Notes: generated by a model not told the origin, from the sequence alone. 55,187 nt of DNA from Anaerolineae bacterium (GCA_041301395.1 JBFYSP010000139.1:1-55187); one strand, 5' to 3'; positions 8,685 through 18,417 are shown, counted from the first letter of the stretch. Numbers and translations: made by a program.

Positions 8685-9674
8685 ATGGTCTGGCTTCAAT
8701 TTATCTTCAGCGCAGTGGTGATAGTGTTGGCGGCCATCCAGCTGGCCAAGTATGGGGATGTGATTGCCATCCGCACGCGGCTGGGCGGGATGTTCGTGGG
8801 GGTGATCCTGCTGGCGGGCGCCACCTCACTGCCGGAATTGCTGACTACGATCAGCGCGGTGCAGCAGGGCGTGCCCAACCTGGCGGCCGGCAACCTGCTG
8901 GGCAGCAACATGATCAACATGTTCTTGCTGGCGATCCTGGACCTGATGCACCGCAAGGAAAGGTTACTGCGCAAGGCAGCCCTTAAGCATGCTTTATCCG
9001 GCAGCCTGGCAGTGCTGATGATTGGCATGGTGGTCTTTTTCATCATCGCCAATATCCAGGGATCGGTGGGCTGGGTAGGCCTGGACAGCCTGGCGATCAT
9101 TGTGGTTTATGTGATCTCCATCCGGCTTATCCAGACCAATGCTTCGCACAGCGGTCCGCCGGCAAGTACCGGAGAAATCCCCGAAGGGACGCCCAGCCTG
9201 AAGCGCGGGCTGCTGGGCTTCCTGATTGCTGCCGGCGTGCTGGTCATGATCACCCCGGTAATGGTGAGCGCCAGTGTGGGGATCGCCGAAATTACCGGTT
9301 TGGGGACAACCTTTATAGGCACCACGCTGGTGGCGCTGGTCACGTCCCTGCCCGAGCTGGTGACTACCATCGCAGCGGCGCGCATGGGAGCGGACGATAT
9401 GGCGATTGGCAACCTGTTCGGCAGCAACCTATTCAATATGTTTGCCCTGGGTTTGACGGATTTCTTCTACCTGCAAGGCAGATTCCTGGGAGTGGTGGAT
9501 CCGGCATTCCTGCTGGTTGGAATGCTGGGACTATTGATGACCTCGATGGCATTAATCGGGAATCTGGCACGGCTGGAGCGGCGGATCTTTTTTATCGAGC
9601 TCGATTCCCTGGCGCTAATCCTGGTGTACCTGGGCGGGCTGTGGCTGTTATACAGCCGCGGGATGTCGCCGTAA
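8685..9674 (+). CDS. Ca2+/cation antiporter (CaCA, YrbG-like sodium:calcium exchanger) family protein
   Basis: Two alpha-repeat motifs, GATSLPELLTTI and LVTSLPELVTTI, plus GNLLGSN / GNLFGSN. Confidence 0.85.
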   Translation: MVWLQFIFSAVVIVLAAIQLAKYGDVIAIRTRLGGMFVGVILLAGATSLPELLTTISAVQQGVPNLAAGNLLGSNMINMFLLAILDLMHRKERLLRKAALKHALSGSLAVLMIGMVVFFIIANIQGSVGWVGLDSLAIIVVYVISIRLIQTNASHSGPPASTGEIPEGTPSLKRGLLGFLIAAGVLVMITPVMVSASVGIAEITGLGTTFIGTTLVALVTSLPELVTTIAAARMGADDMAIGNLFGSNLFNMFALGLTDFFYLQGRFLGVVDPAFLLVGMLGLLMTSMALIGNLARLERRIFFIELDSLALILVYLGGLWLLYSRGMSP

Positions 9675-9678
9675 AGCG

Positions 9679-10413
9679 ATGAGCAGCACAACACGCCCAA
9701 CCTGCCTGGTACACAGCCTGGGCCTGGTTGACTACGAGCAGGCCTGGCGGTTGCAAGAAGCGCTGGCGGTGCAGATCGGCGCCGGGGGGCGCCCACCCAC
9801 CTTGCTGCTGCTGGAACACCCGCATACTTATACTTTCGGCAGGCGGGGGCAGGCTGTAAACCTGCTGTGGAATGACAGAGAGCTGGCAAGCCGCGGGGTG
9901 CGGGTGTACTGGGTGGACCGCGGCGGGGATGTTACCTACCACGGACCGGGACAGCTAGTGGGCTACCCGCTGCTGCCGCTGGGGCATGCCCAGGCGAGCA
10001 AAGCGGCTGCAGAACAATTGCCGCAAGCCGATTACCTGGGCTACCTGCGCAAGCTGGAGCGGATGTTGATCACTGCGCTGCAGGAGCTGGGAGTGGGTGC
10101 AGTGCAGCTGCCTGGATTGACCGGCGTGTGGTCGCCGGCGGGGGCCAAGCTGGCTGCCATCGGCGTCAAAGTGGACGCGGGCGGCATCTCGCGACACGGG
10201 TTTGCCCTGAACGTGAGCCCAGACATAAGCTACTGGGAAGGAATCATCGGCTGCGGCCTGCACGACACGCCATCGACCAGCCTGGCGGAGCTGCTCGGCA
10301 ATGCTCCGCCTATGGAGCGGGTAATACAGGCTGTCGTACGGTCCTTTGGAGAGATTTTCGAATACGAGATGACCCTGCAAGCCATAGATCGGGAACTTTT
10401 CCCCCCGGTTTGA
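9679..10413 (+). CDS. lipB: Lipoyl(octanoyl) transferase
   Basis: LLLLEHPHTYTFGRRG, RGGDVTYHGPGQLVGYPLL, AIGVKV and SRHGFALNV motifs. Confidence 0.9.
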   Translation: MSSTTRPTCLVHSLGLVDYEQAWRLQEALAVQIGAGGRPPTLLLLEHPHTYTFGRRGQAVNLLWNDRELASRGVRVYWVDRGGDVTYHGPGQLVGYPLLPLGHAQASKAAAEQLPQADYLGYLRKLERMLITALQELGVGAVQLPGLTGVWSPAGAKLAAIGVKVDAGGISRHGFALNVSPDISYWEGIIGCGLHDTPSTSLAELLGNAPPMERVIQAVVRSFGEIFEYEMTLQAIDRELFPPV

Positions 10414-10548
10414 CATCTCTAGTAAAAGTTAGTACACTATCCTTATGCTCTGCCGCCGGCCCGGAATTTGCGGGTTTCGTGCCATAAACCGGCACGGAAC
10501 TGCGCAAAGAATGCCTGGCGGCTCTATGCCCGATCTTTGGAGGATTGA

Positions 10549-11259
10549 ATGGCCTCACAGACTTACCAGCTTTTGATGCGCACCGGCCCGACGCCGGGGA
10601 AAATTTTTGACCTGAACCAGCCAGAGCTGACCGTCGGCCGGGATATGGTGAACGCAATTGTGATTAACGATTCGGAAATCTCCCGCCGGCACGCCCGCCT
10701 GATAGCCCAACCGGGAGGTTATGTCGTCGAAGACCTGGGATCGACGAATGGAACTTTTGTCAACGGGCAGCGGCTGATGGGCCCGCACTTGCTGCGACCG
10801 GGTGAGCTGGTGCTGTTCGGCGAACATGTCAGCCTGGTGTACGAAGCGCTGGAGTTTGACCCGAACGCCACGCTGGTATCTGCGACTACAATCCAACCGC
10901 CGGCATACCCCATGCCGAATTACCAGCCGCCCGTGCCGGGAAGCATGCAGCCGATCCCGCAGGCGCGCAGCCAGCAGACCGCTTACGCCCAGCAAATCCC
11001 CCAGCAGCCTACTTACATCCCGCCGCAACCCCCACCCACGATGGGGGGAGGACAGTACCCTCCACAACAAGCCGACCCATACATCTACGAAGAAGAGCAG
11101 CCGCGTATCTCCCGCACCTGGCTGTGGGCCGGGCTGGGCTGCCTGGTGGTGATGCTGTGCGTGTGCGTGGGAGCGGCTTTCGTATTTGACAGCCTGAACC
11201 TGTACTGCACCCCTCCATTCAATATCCCGACAGAGTTTTTCGGGTTTACTTGCCCGTAG
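10549..11259 (+). CDS. FHA domain protein with a Pro/Gln-rich linker and a C-terminal transmembrane segment
   Basis: FHA core LTVGRD...NDSEISRRHARL...VEDLGSTNGTFVNGQRL. The PQ-rich region is followed by the hydrophobic stretch WLWAGLGCLVVMLCVCVGAAFVF. Confidence 0.85.
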   Translation: MASQTYQLLMRTGPTPGKIFDLNQPELTVGRDMVNAIVINDSEISRRHARLIAQPGGYVVEDLGSTNGTFVNGQRLMGPHLLRPGELVLFGEHVSLVYEALEFDPNATLVSATTIQPPAYPMPNYQPPVPGSMQPIPQARSQQTAYAQQIPQQPTYIPPQPPPTMGGGQYPPQQADPYIYEEEQPRISRTWLWAGLGCLVVMLCVCVGAAFVFDSLNLYCTPPFNIPTEFFGFTCP

Positions 11260-11260
11260 G

Positions 11261-11281
11261 GGGAATTGGGAATTGGGAATT
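11261..11281. repeat. GGGAATT heptamer x3 (plus a degenerate fourth copy) in a 21-bp convergent intergenic gap
   Basis: Read directly: gggaatt gggaatt gggaatt tagggatt. Confidence 0.9.
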
Positions 11282-12972
11282 TAGGGATTAAGGAAAGCCG
11301 CCCTCCCGGCAGATAGGTCATCCAGCGCAGTGTTGATCGCCCAGAGCAAGCGCTCTGCCTGAGCATAGTCAGGGGTTTCGCTACGCAGGGCGGCATCCGC
11401 CTCCACCAGCATGGCTTCCAGGGCAATATTTTCCAGCGCGGCGGGATGGCGCAGAAAGTCGGCCACCACCCCGTCCTTGCGCATTTGAGCTATGTCAGGC
11501 AGCCAGGCGGCCAGGAAGTGAGCGGATGGATCGAGAGCCAGCTGGTAGCGGCGCATGGTATCGTAAAAGGCCACGCTATAGCGCACATCCTGCACCTGCT
11601 CGCTGGTGAGCGGCACCTGATCCAGCGCCTGCAGGAAGCCGGCTTCTAGCTCGGGCAGGGTGATCCCCAGGTGTTCTTGCAAGGCAGCATCGATGACCTG
11701 TGACTGAGTCCCTGGTTGGCCCTGGGAAGCCTCCCCTGACGGCTGGGGGGGTTTAATCTGCGTATAGAAGCGGTTAAAGTCTTCCCAGCCCCAGGTCTGC
11801 ACCATATACGCCACCAGCGCTCCAGCCTGCAGGTAGCCAATTTCGTGCTGTGATTGGTAGAAATCATCCGCCAGAGGTACCAGAGGCAGGTACCAATCCA
11901 ATCCACAGGCGGGCAACTCAACGGCTGCGGCAGCAGAGGGCTCGCCGGTGGCAGGGACGGGAGCGCAGCCGGGGCGTGGGGGAAGCAGGGCGGCGGCGCG
12001 CTCCAAGAGCGGCTCGGGCTTGAAATGTCCACCCGACAGGTAAACCGCCAGCCCTTCAACCAGGATGGACGGCCTGAAATCGGCCTGCCGGCGGCTATCC
12101 AGGATATGCACCAGCTCATGGTGCACAACGATATCCGTAGCGCCGCCAGCATAGTTGCGGTCCAGGTAGGAGATCCCAATTTCCTGGCCGGCAAAACCGC
12201 CGTGACCCAACACACGGGGGAAAAAGGTCAATTGAGCGGGTTCATCTTCCAGTGAGCCACCCATCTTTTCAGCGGCCGAGCGAGCTTGCTCATCCACCAT
12301 CTCGGCCAGGAGGTCCAGGTCGCGTTCGGCGGCGGTGCCGGTGATGTAATGAATGGTGCAGCATTGTGTATCGAGCGTACCCCAGGCGGCCTGCAGCTCT
12401 GGAGGTGGGACTCCCAGCCCTGGTTGGGCTGGACCAGGGTCGCCGGCAGGCAGCAGAGTGACATCCTGAGTCCAGGAGCTGCCATCGGGCTGAACCGAAA
12501 AGTCCAGCTGGTAAGTTCCCGGCGCCAACCCGGTGGTATCCCAGGCCCAGAAGAAGGTGGCCTGCAGGCGGCCGCCAATGCCGTAGGGTGCAAAGACCGC
12601 TTCGCCAATTTTTGTTGCAGGGTCGGACAGCAAGGCAATCTTTACCGTAGCGTCAGGCAGGGAGGCGCCAGGTGGGGCAATCACCTCGAAGCTCACCTGG
12701 TCGCCGGCATATAATGGGCCGTCGGGGTGCAGGCGCACTTCGAAAGGCGACCAGGCATCCGGAGTGGCCGGAACCGGGGTAGAGGAGGGCAGCGCAGTTG
12801 GCGTGGCAGATGGTGGGAGTGAAGCAGCGGGCAGGGCGGCAAGGGGAGTGACAGATGCAGCCGGCCGGGTGGCAGGGGAGGCGGGTAATTCCAAGGTGGC
12901 CGGGATAAATAACCGGCAGGCCAACAAGGAAAAAAGCAGGCAGGCGATTAGCAGCAGGCGGCGAGGGCGCAT
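11281..12972 (-). CDS. Secreted or lipoprotein-like putative zinc metallopeptidase (HExxH)
   Basis: Signal peptide MRPRRLLLIACLLFSLLAC, a Pro/Ala/Thr-rich linker, and HELVH within IVVHHELVHILD. Confidence 0.55.
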   Translation of the reverse strand: MRPRRLLLIACLLFSLLACRLFIPATLELPASPATRPAASVTPLAALPAASLPPSATPTALPSSTPVPATPDAWSPFEVRLHPDGPLYAGDQVSFEVIAPPGASLPDATVKIALLSDPATKIGEAVFAPYGIGGRLQATFFWAWDTTGLAPGTYQLDFSVQPDGSSWTQDVTLLPAGDPGPAQPGLGVPPPELQAAWGTLDTQCCTIHYITGTAAERDLDLLAEMVDEQARSAAEKMGGSLEDEPAQLTFFPRVLGHGGFAGQEIGISYLDRNYAGGATDIVVHHELVHILDSRRQADFRPSILVEGLAVYLSGGHFKPEPLLERAAALLPPRPGCAPVPATGEPSAAAAVELPACGLDWYLPLVPLADDFYQSQHEIGYLQAGALVAYMVQTWGWEDFNRFYTQIKPPQPSGEASQGQPGTQSQVIDAALQEHLGITLPELEAGFLQALDQVPLTSEQVQDVRYSVAFYDTMRRYQLALDPSAHFLAAWLPDIAQMRKDGVVADFLRHPAALENIALEAMLVEADAALRSETPDYAQAERLLWAINTALDDLSAGRAAFLNP

Positions 12973-13077
12973 GGGGGGTATTATAGCAGGCCTGAATTTC
13001 CGCGTGCTGGTAAAATACGAGCAGGTAAAGCCAATAATTTCTCCGCCCGGAAGATGCGGGCGGGTAAAGGAGCGCTT

Positions 13078-14142
13078 ATGTCACCCATGTTTGTCCCCGG
13101 CCCGGTAGATGTCGATCCGCAGGTACTGGCCGCTCAGGCCCAGCCGATGCTGCCCCATCGCGGCAAGGAATTCGAAGCGATCTTCCAGCACGCTTCAGAG
13201 CAGGCGCGCCAGCTGTTCTTCACCCAATACCGGGTCTTCCTGACGACTTCTTCGGGCACCGGTTTGCAGGAGGCCTTCGTACGCAACTTCGCCCGGGAGC
13301 ACGTGCTTGCCTGTGTCAACGGGGCTTTTGCCAACCGCTGGTACGAGGTGGCGGTCGCCAACGGCAAGACGGTCGATAAGCTGGAAACGCCCTGGGATCA
13401 GCCCATCACGCCCGAGCTGGTGGCGGAGGCGCTGCAGCAGAAAGCCTATGAGATCATCACCGTGGTGCATAACGAGACCTCCACCGGCTTGCAGAACCCG
13501 GTGAAGGAAATCGCAGCGACGGTGCGCGAGCTCAGCCCGGAGACGCTGATCTGTGTGGATGCAGTCTCTTCGCTGGGAGGCGCCAGGATCGAGATGGATG
13601 CCTGGGGGCTGGACTGCGTGCTGACTTCATCGCAGAAATGCCTGGCGCTGCCGCCGGGGCTGGGGCTGGGGGCAGTCTCCGACCGGGCGCTGGCGTACGC
13701 CGAGAGCGTGCCCAACCGCGGCTGGTATTTCGACCTGGTGCGGATGGAGAAGCACCGCCTTAAGGATTCCACGCCGGCTACCCCGGCCATGTCGCTGATC
13801 TACGCGCTGGACGTGCAGCTGGAGCGCATCCTGAAAGAAGGGTTGGAAGCACGCTTTGCCCGCCACAGCGCTATGGCGCAGCAGGTACAGGATTGGGCGG
13901 CAGAACGCGGCCTGCCGGTGTATGCGCCGGCGGGGTATCGCTCGCAGACGGTCACCACCCTGCACAACACGCTCAATCGGGAAGTAACGGAGATTAACAA
14001 GTTCCTGATAGCGCGCGGCATGCGCCTGGCGAACGGCTACGGCGCACTGAAAAACATCACCTTCCGCATCGCGCACATGGGCGAGACAGGTCCTGCACAG
14101 ATTGAAGGACTGCTGGCGGCGCTGAATGAATTCATGGCTTGA
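13078..14142 (+). CDS. Class V aminotransferase (serine/alanine-glyoxylate aminotransferase family)
   Basis: AAGGAG lies 5 nt upstream of ATG 13078. MSPMFVPGPVDV start, and a PLP-lysine context SSQKCLALPPGLG. Confidence 0.8.
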   Translation: MSPMFVPGPVDVDPQVLAAQAQPMLPHRGKEFEAIFQHASEQARQLFFTQYRVFLTTSSGTGLQEAFVRNFAREHVLACVNGAFANRWYEVAVANGKTVDKLETPWDQPITPELVAEALQQKAYEIITVVHNETSTGLQNPVKEIAATVRELSPETLICVDAVSSLGGARIEMDAWGLDCVLTSSQKCLALPPGLGLGAVSDRALAYAESVPNRGWYFDLVRMEKHRLKDSTPATPAMSLIYALDVQLERILKEGLEARFARHSAMAQQVQDWAAERGLPVYAPAGYRSQTVTTLHNTLNREVTEINKFLIARGMRLANGYGALKNITFRIAHMGETGPAQIEGLLAALNEFMA

Positions 14143-15391
14143 GACGACGATCACCACGCTGACATACGGCGGGGAGGGGCTGGGGCGCCTGCCGGATGGG
14201 CGGGCGGTATTCGTGCCGTACACTTTACCGGGCGAGCGGGTGCGCATCCGCCTGGTGGAGGAAAAGAAACGGCATGCCCGGGCGGCGCTGGAGGAAGTGC
14301 TGGCGCCGTCTTCGCAGCGCATAACGCCGCGCTGTGCGCATTTTGGTGTGTGCGGCGGCTGCAGCTACCAGCACATGAGCTACCCCGATCAGCTGGAGGC
14401 CAAAGCCAACATCTTGCGAGAGCAGCTGGAGCGCATTGGCGGGATTGAGAATCCTCCGATGCAGCCCGCCGTGGCCGCGCCGCAAGCGTTCAACTACCGC
14501 AACCACGTGCAGTTCCACCTGGCTGCGGATGGCAGGCTGGGCTACTTCGACTCGTCCGGCAGGTCGGTATTGGCGGTGAGCGAGTGCCACCTACCGGAGC
14601 CGCCGCTGGATGAGCTGTGGAAGCAGCTCGATTTCACCGATTACCTCCCCTCCGAGGAGGCAAGCGAGGCCGCCCCGATCGAACGCGTCGGGCTGCGGCA
14701 GGGAGTGGAGGGCGATATCCAGCTGATCCTGGAGAGCAGCCTGCCGGAAGCGCCGGAATTCAGCGTGGAAGAGCTGTCCATCTCGGCGACTCAGGTCAGC
14801 CCGGCAGGAACGCTGGTGCTGGCCGGCAGCTCGGCGGTGATCTTCGAAGTCCTGGGGCGCCCTTTCCGGGTCTCGGCGGGGTCGTTCTTCCAGGTGAACA
14901 CGAGCATGGCGGCGGCTATGGTAGAACACGTGCTGGAGCACCTGCCCAACCTGCCGGGCATGACTGTGCTGGATGTGTACTGCGGGGTGGGACTGTTCAG
15001 CGCCTTCCTGGCGCCGCATGCCGGACAATTGATCGGCATCGAGGCCTCGCCCAGCGCCTGCGAGGATTTCGCCGCTAACCTGGATGAGTTTGACCACGTG
15101 GCGCTTTACGAGGCCCCGGCGGAGGAGGCACTGCCGGCGCTGGATGTTGAGCCGCAGTTTGTGCTGGTGGATCCACCGCGCGCCGGGCTGGAGCGCGAGG
15201 CGCTGGATGCCCTGCTGGGGCTGCATGCCCCGCAGCTGTGTTATATTTCCTGCGACCCGGCGACCCTGGCAAGGGACGCGCGCCGCTTGGTTAATGGGGG
15301 ATATTCGCTGGAAAAGGTCACACCCTTCGACCTGTTCCCGCAGACCTACCATATCGAGAGCATCAGCTTCTGGAAGCGAGATTCCCTTTAG
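14126..15391 (+). CDS. 23S rRNA (uracil-C5)-methyltransferase RlmD/RumA-like (TRAM, Fe-S and SAM methyltransferase domains)
   Basis: TRAM-like N-terminus (GGEGLGRL..VFVPYTLPGERVRIR), Cys cluster CAHFGVCGGC, SAM motif VLDVYCGVGLFS, and C-terminal DPPRAG ... YISCDPATLARD. Confidence 0.85.
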   Translation: MNSWLETTITTLTYGGEGLGRLPDGRAVFVPYTLPGERVRIRLVEEKKRHARAALEEVLAPSSQRITPRCAHFGVCGGCSYQHMSYPDQLEAKANILREQLERIGGIENPPMQPAVAAPQAFNYRNHVQFHLAADGRLGYFDSSGRSVLAVSECHLPEPPLDELWKQLDFTDYLPSEEASEAAPIERVGLRQGVEGDIQLILESSLPEAPEFSVEELSISATQVSPAGTLVLAGSSAVIFEVLGRPFRVSAGSFFQVNTSMAAAMVEHVLEHLPNLPGMTVLDVYCGVGLFSAFLAPHAGQLIGIEASPSACEDFAANLDEFDHVALYEAPAEEALPALDVEPQFVLVDPPRAGLEREALDALLGLHAPQLCYISCDPATLARDARRLVNGGYSLEKVTPFDLFPQTYHIESISFWKRDSL

Positions 15392-16376
15392 GTCTGAGAC
15401 GCGGCATCAGGTAGGTGATATATTCATCCAAACAGTCTGAATCTCCGTTCAGAGGTTGGAATACGATAGAATTCGCACCGGCCGCTATCAACTGCTGCAG
15501 AGCATTAGTCACCTGTTCCGGCGTTCCAGCAGCAGAGAAAGCGTCCAGCCAGGCATCCGGCATGCGCTCGATTATCTCTGCAAAAGTATGCGCCTGGACA
15601 AACGTGGAGACTTCTTCCGCAATTCCCAGCGCATTCAGCTGTGAATCGGCCCAGGGCAACCATTCCGCGAGTGTCCGGCGCATAGCAGCCCGGGCCAGTT
15701 CTCCATCCGGGGTCACTTTCACATCCACATAAACAACCAATCGATGATCGGTCCGGCCGGATTCAGCCATACCCGTATGGATATGATCCAGCGCCCAGCG
15801 GATATAGGCAGGCGAAGACAAGGCGGTTAAGATGGTGCCATCCCCTACACGCCCGGCCAGCTGCAGCGTTTTTTCTCGCATGGCGCCAATAAAGAGCGGC
15901 GGTAGGTCATCCGGCGTCATCTGCATCTGAACGTTTTCCAGATGTACCTGCTCCCCGTGCAGGATGACCGATTCTCCAGCCAAAAGCCGGCGCACAGCAG
16001 TGACCGTCTCATGCAAAGATTTCAGGGATGATTTCGGGGCGGCACCGATTTGAGCCATCCAGGAATTCACGCCATGCCCAAAACCCGGCAAAAATCGATG
16101 CGGGAAGGCGCGCGCCAGGGTGGTGATTTCCATGGCCGCGAAAAGTGGGTTATAGGCTGTTGCCGGCAGAAGCCCTATCCCGACTTTTAATCTCTGGGTG
16201 GCAGAGAGTGCAATGGCAGCAGAAGTAAAGGCGCCTGGTAAGAAGCAGTCGTCCCACAGCCACAATTCATCAAAGCCGGCCGCTTCTGCCTTGCGGGCGT
16301 AAGCAGCCAGTGTTTCAGGCGGAAAGGTTGGGTGGAAGATTACTCCAAAGGAAGGGGACGAGTCATCATTATGCAT
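15363..16376 (-). CDS. LLM-class (luciferase-like) F420/flavin-dependent oxidoreductase
   Basis: FGVIFHP...AAGFDELWLWDDCF...LKVGIGLLPA..YNPLFAAMEITTLA pattern. Start trimmed to ATG 16376. Confidence 0.75.
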   Translation of the reverse strand: MHNDDSSPSFGVIFHPTFPPETLAAYARKAEAAGFDELWLWDDCFLPGAFTSAAIALSATQRLKVGIGLLPATAYNPLFAAMEITTLARAFPHRFLPGFGHGVNSWMAQIGAAPKSSLKSLHETVTAVRRLLAGESVILHGEQVHLENVQMQMTPDDLPPLFIGAMREKTLQLAGRVGDGTILTALSSPAYIRWALDHIHTGMAESGRTDHRLVVYVDVKVTPDGELARAAMRRTLAEWLPWADSQLNALGIAEEVSTFVQAHTFAEIIERMPDAWLDAFSAAGTPEQVTNALQQLIAAGANSIVFQPLNGDSDCLDEYITYLMPRLRPKGNLASRS

Positions 16377-17307
16377 CTTCACTCCTGATTGCATCTGCCA
16401 TACTTCTCTTATGTACTGCGAGTCCATTGCTAAAAAATAGATCCTTCAAGGCCAAGGCAGTACAATTTTCTACGGTAAGCCGATGGTCTGCAGTAACAGA
16501 TTCCTTTCTGAGGTGTATGCAGACATCTTGCAATGTTTCGGCAGGTTCGAAATCGACGTCCACCACATAAGCCCTTGGACAATAGGTGAAGTAATAACCA
16601 TAAGAAGTAGCGTTTGTCATGCCCTCTTCGATAATGATTAATTGTTTGTCGGTGATTGCAAGCAGGCTGGGCGGAGCGATCTGCCGGCGAATAATGCGAA
16701 AATAACGCATAAACACACAAGGTTGAAAGACGTATCCCAATAATTTTTCATCCGGTTGTAAAGCATGCAGCGCCAAACCGTTTCGGAACTTGTAGGATTG
16801 GTCTTCTAGCTTTTCCAGGAGATAGTTTTTGTCGTCGTTTGCATTCTGATCCAGAGCTTGGGCCCATGCCAGGCGGATTAATTTGTGCAATGCCGGCTCC
16901 AGCATGTCGTGGCTCACAGCGTTGTACTCCACAACGATCCGAGACATCTCACCGTTGACTGCGCCACATATTTCCATCCTGCCGTAGAGTAAGATCAGGC
17001 TCATTTGGGCATACAACAGGCTGCTGCCTGCCAGATAACTTGCCTGTCCCATTTCATCTCCAGATTTGCCCGCTTGAGCATGGACTACTCCTCGCTGTGT
17101 GAACAACAGACATTGTTCAGGGACCCAGTGCAGTCCCCCAATTCCGTCTTTACTCTTGGACAGCATTTGTTCTGGAATCACAAAGATATCTTCAGCCGGA
17201 TCATCGGGTAGAAGTGTCTGGGCGGCTAAGGACCGTAACCTGACCGGTAACTCCTCCAGGGTTTTAGCCCGGTAAGGATGCTCAGGACGTCTGTGCGCGG
17301 GCGGCAT
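16369..17307 (-). CDS. Hypothetical protein (312 aa), no recognisable family
   Basis: Long ORF with no competing frame. By eye it is more AT-rich than its neighbours. Confidence 0.6.
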   Translation of the reverse strand: MPPAHRRPEHPYRAKTLEELPVRLRSLAAQTLLPDDPAEDIFVIPEQMLSKSKDGIGGLHWVPEQCLLFTQRGVVHAQAGKSGDEMGQASYLAGSSLLYAQMSLILLYGRMEICGAVNGEMSRIVVEYNAVSHDMLEPALHKLIRLAWAQALDQNANDDKNYLLEKLEDQSYKFRNGLALHALQPDEKLLGYVFQPCVFMRYFRIIRRQIAPPSLLAITDKQLIIIEEGMTNATSYGYYFTYCPRAYVVDVDFEPAETLQDVCIHLRKESVTADHRLTVENCTALALKDLFFSNGLAVHKRSMADAIRSEDA

Positions 17308-17456
17308 TATTCTCCCTCCCAGTAAATTCCAGGTTGAAAAAGCAGAATAATAACCATGTTGGGCAGCATCTCTATTTTTTAACCTACAGGCACCGTTGAA
17401 CGAAACGAGGGTGAGCTCGCTTGATTCTACTGCAAAAATTTAGATGTAGAGATGCC

Positions 17457-17485
17457 TTGACAGGTGAGCGGAGTCGTTTTATAAT
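17457..17485 (+). promoter_or_regulatory. Consensus sigma70-type promoter (TTGACA - 17 nt - TATAAT)
   Basis: TTGACA at 17457-17462 and TATAAT at 17480-17485, with exact 17-nt spacing, about 100 nt upstream of the ATG at 17588. Confidence 0.7.
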
Positions 17486-17587
17486 TAGAACAAATATTCT
17501 ATTCTGAGAAAACCAGGCTTTTTCTTGATTTGAGATTCTATGTTCGCAGGGCTCTCTCAGAATGGCAAACCAGACAAGGAGGCGGCG

Positions 17588-18415
17588 ATGATCACCACCA
17601 GCGGAGTGAAATCTGTGGATCACTGGAAAACCAACCGACTGCAACAGCGCAGATGGCCCCCGATCGCGCCGCCTGTACCCCTACCGGCGGCCCCCGGCAA
17701 AACCGGTTTGGAGGCAGCCCTCAGTCGGTACGGCCCGCTTCCGCCGCACACAGCGATCCTGGGAATAGGCAGCAACGGGGCTCCTGTGCTGCTCGACCTG
17801 GCTGACTCTTCACCTGGCGCGCTGCTCATCTCGGGCAGCACGGGAAATGCCAAGACCCGCTTGCTGCAGGCTATCCTGGCCTCGGCGATCCGGATCAACC
17901 GGCCGGGCCAGGTGGAAGTGCGCATCATCGCCGGGCAGGCAGCCCAGTTCGACCATTTCTTTCCGACCGAACATTGCCGGCAAATCCTATCGGCAGACGA
18001 CCCGGCGGTAAACGAGGCCATCATCGACCTGCTGCCGGCTGTCGGTCTGCCCAGGCCGGGCGCAAGACGCGCCCAGGCCGTGATCCTGGCAGTGGACGAC
18101 CTGGAAGCCCTGACCGCCAACCTGGACAAGCAGGCTTATGCCAGCCTGTGCTGGCTGGCCCGCCACGGACCGCGGCTGCGGGTGTGGCTGATCGCTACTC
18201 TGACAACGCACAACCTGCCGGCGCATGGATTGCGCACCCCGTTGGCGAGCGGATGGGAGAGCGAGCCAAAGGTAGATGAGCTGCTGCTGTCTGCTTTCGG
18301 CACCTGCTTGATCGAAGAACCAGAGGTGCATGCAGGCGGCAACCGGTTCTGGCTGCCGATGGATGAGCAAGCCGTACCGTTTTGGATTTGTGAGCCTGAA
18401 TACCAGGAGGGATGA
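17588..18415 (+). CDS. Stand-alone FtsK/SpoIIIE-like P-loop domain protein with degenerate Walker A/B motifs
   Basis: AAGGAGG lies 5 nt upstream of ATG 17588. Family pattern LGIGSNGAPVLLDLADSSPGALLISGSTGNAKT...VILAVDDLEAL...WLARHGPRLRVWLIATLTT. Walker A is GSTGNAKT (Ala replaces the Gly before Lys). The usual DE is DD, and ATQRP is ATLTT. Confidence 0.6.
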   Translation: MITTSGVKSVDHWKTNRLQQRRWPPIAPPVPLPAAPGKTGLEAALSRYGPLPPHTAILGIGSNGAPVLLDLADSSPGALLISGSTGNAKTRLLQAILASAIRINRPGQVEVRIIAGQAAQFDHFFPTEHCRQILSADDPAVNEAIIDLLPAVGLPRPGARRAQAVILAVDDLEALTANLDKQAYASLCWLARHGPRLRVWLIATLTTHNLPAHGLRTPLASGWESEPKVDELLLSAFGTCLIEEPEVHAGGNRFWLPMDEQAVPFWICEPEYQEG

Positions 18416-18417
18416 CA

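Noticed and set aside
13043-13063. GC-rich hairpin CCGCCCG-gaagatg-CGGGCGG just upstream of the aminotransferase Shine-Dalgarno sequence (possible leader or riboswitch)
   Set aside because: It is a short, isolated 7-bp stem with no additional conserved elements that I can see. It cannot be distinguished from a chance palindrome in GC-rich DNA.
17588-18415. Calling the FtsK-like gene a type VII secretion ATPase
   Set aside because: It has a single degenerate domain, no TM or FHA regions, and no WXG100-like gene nearby. Only a family-level resemblance can be claimed.
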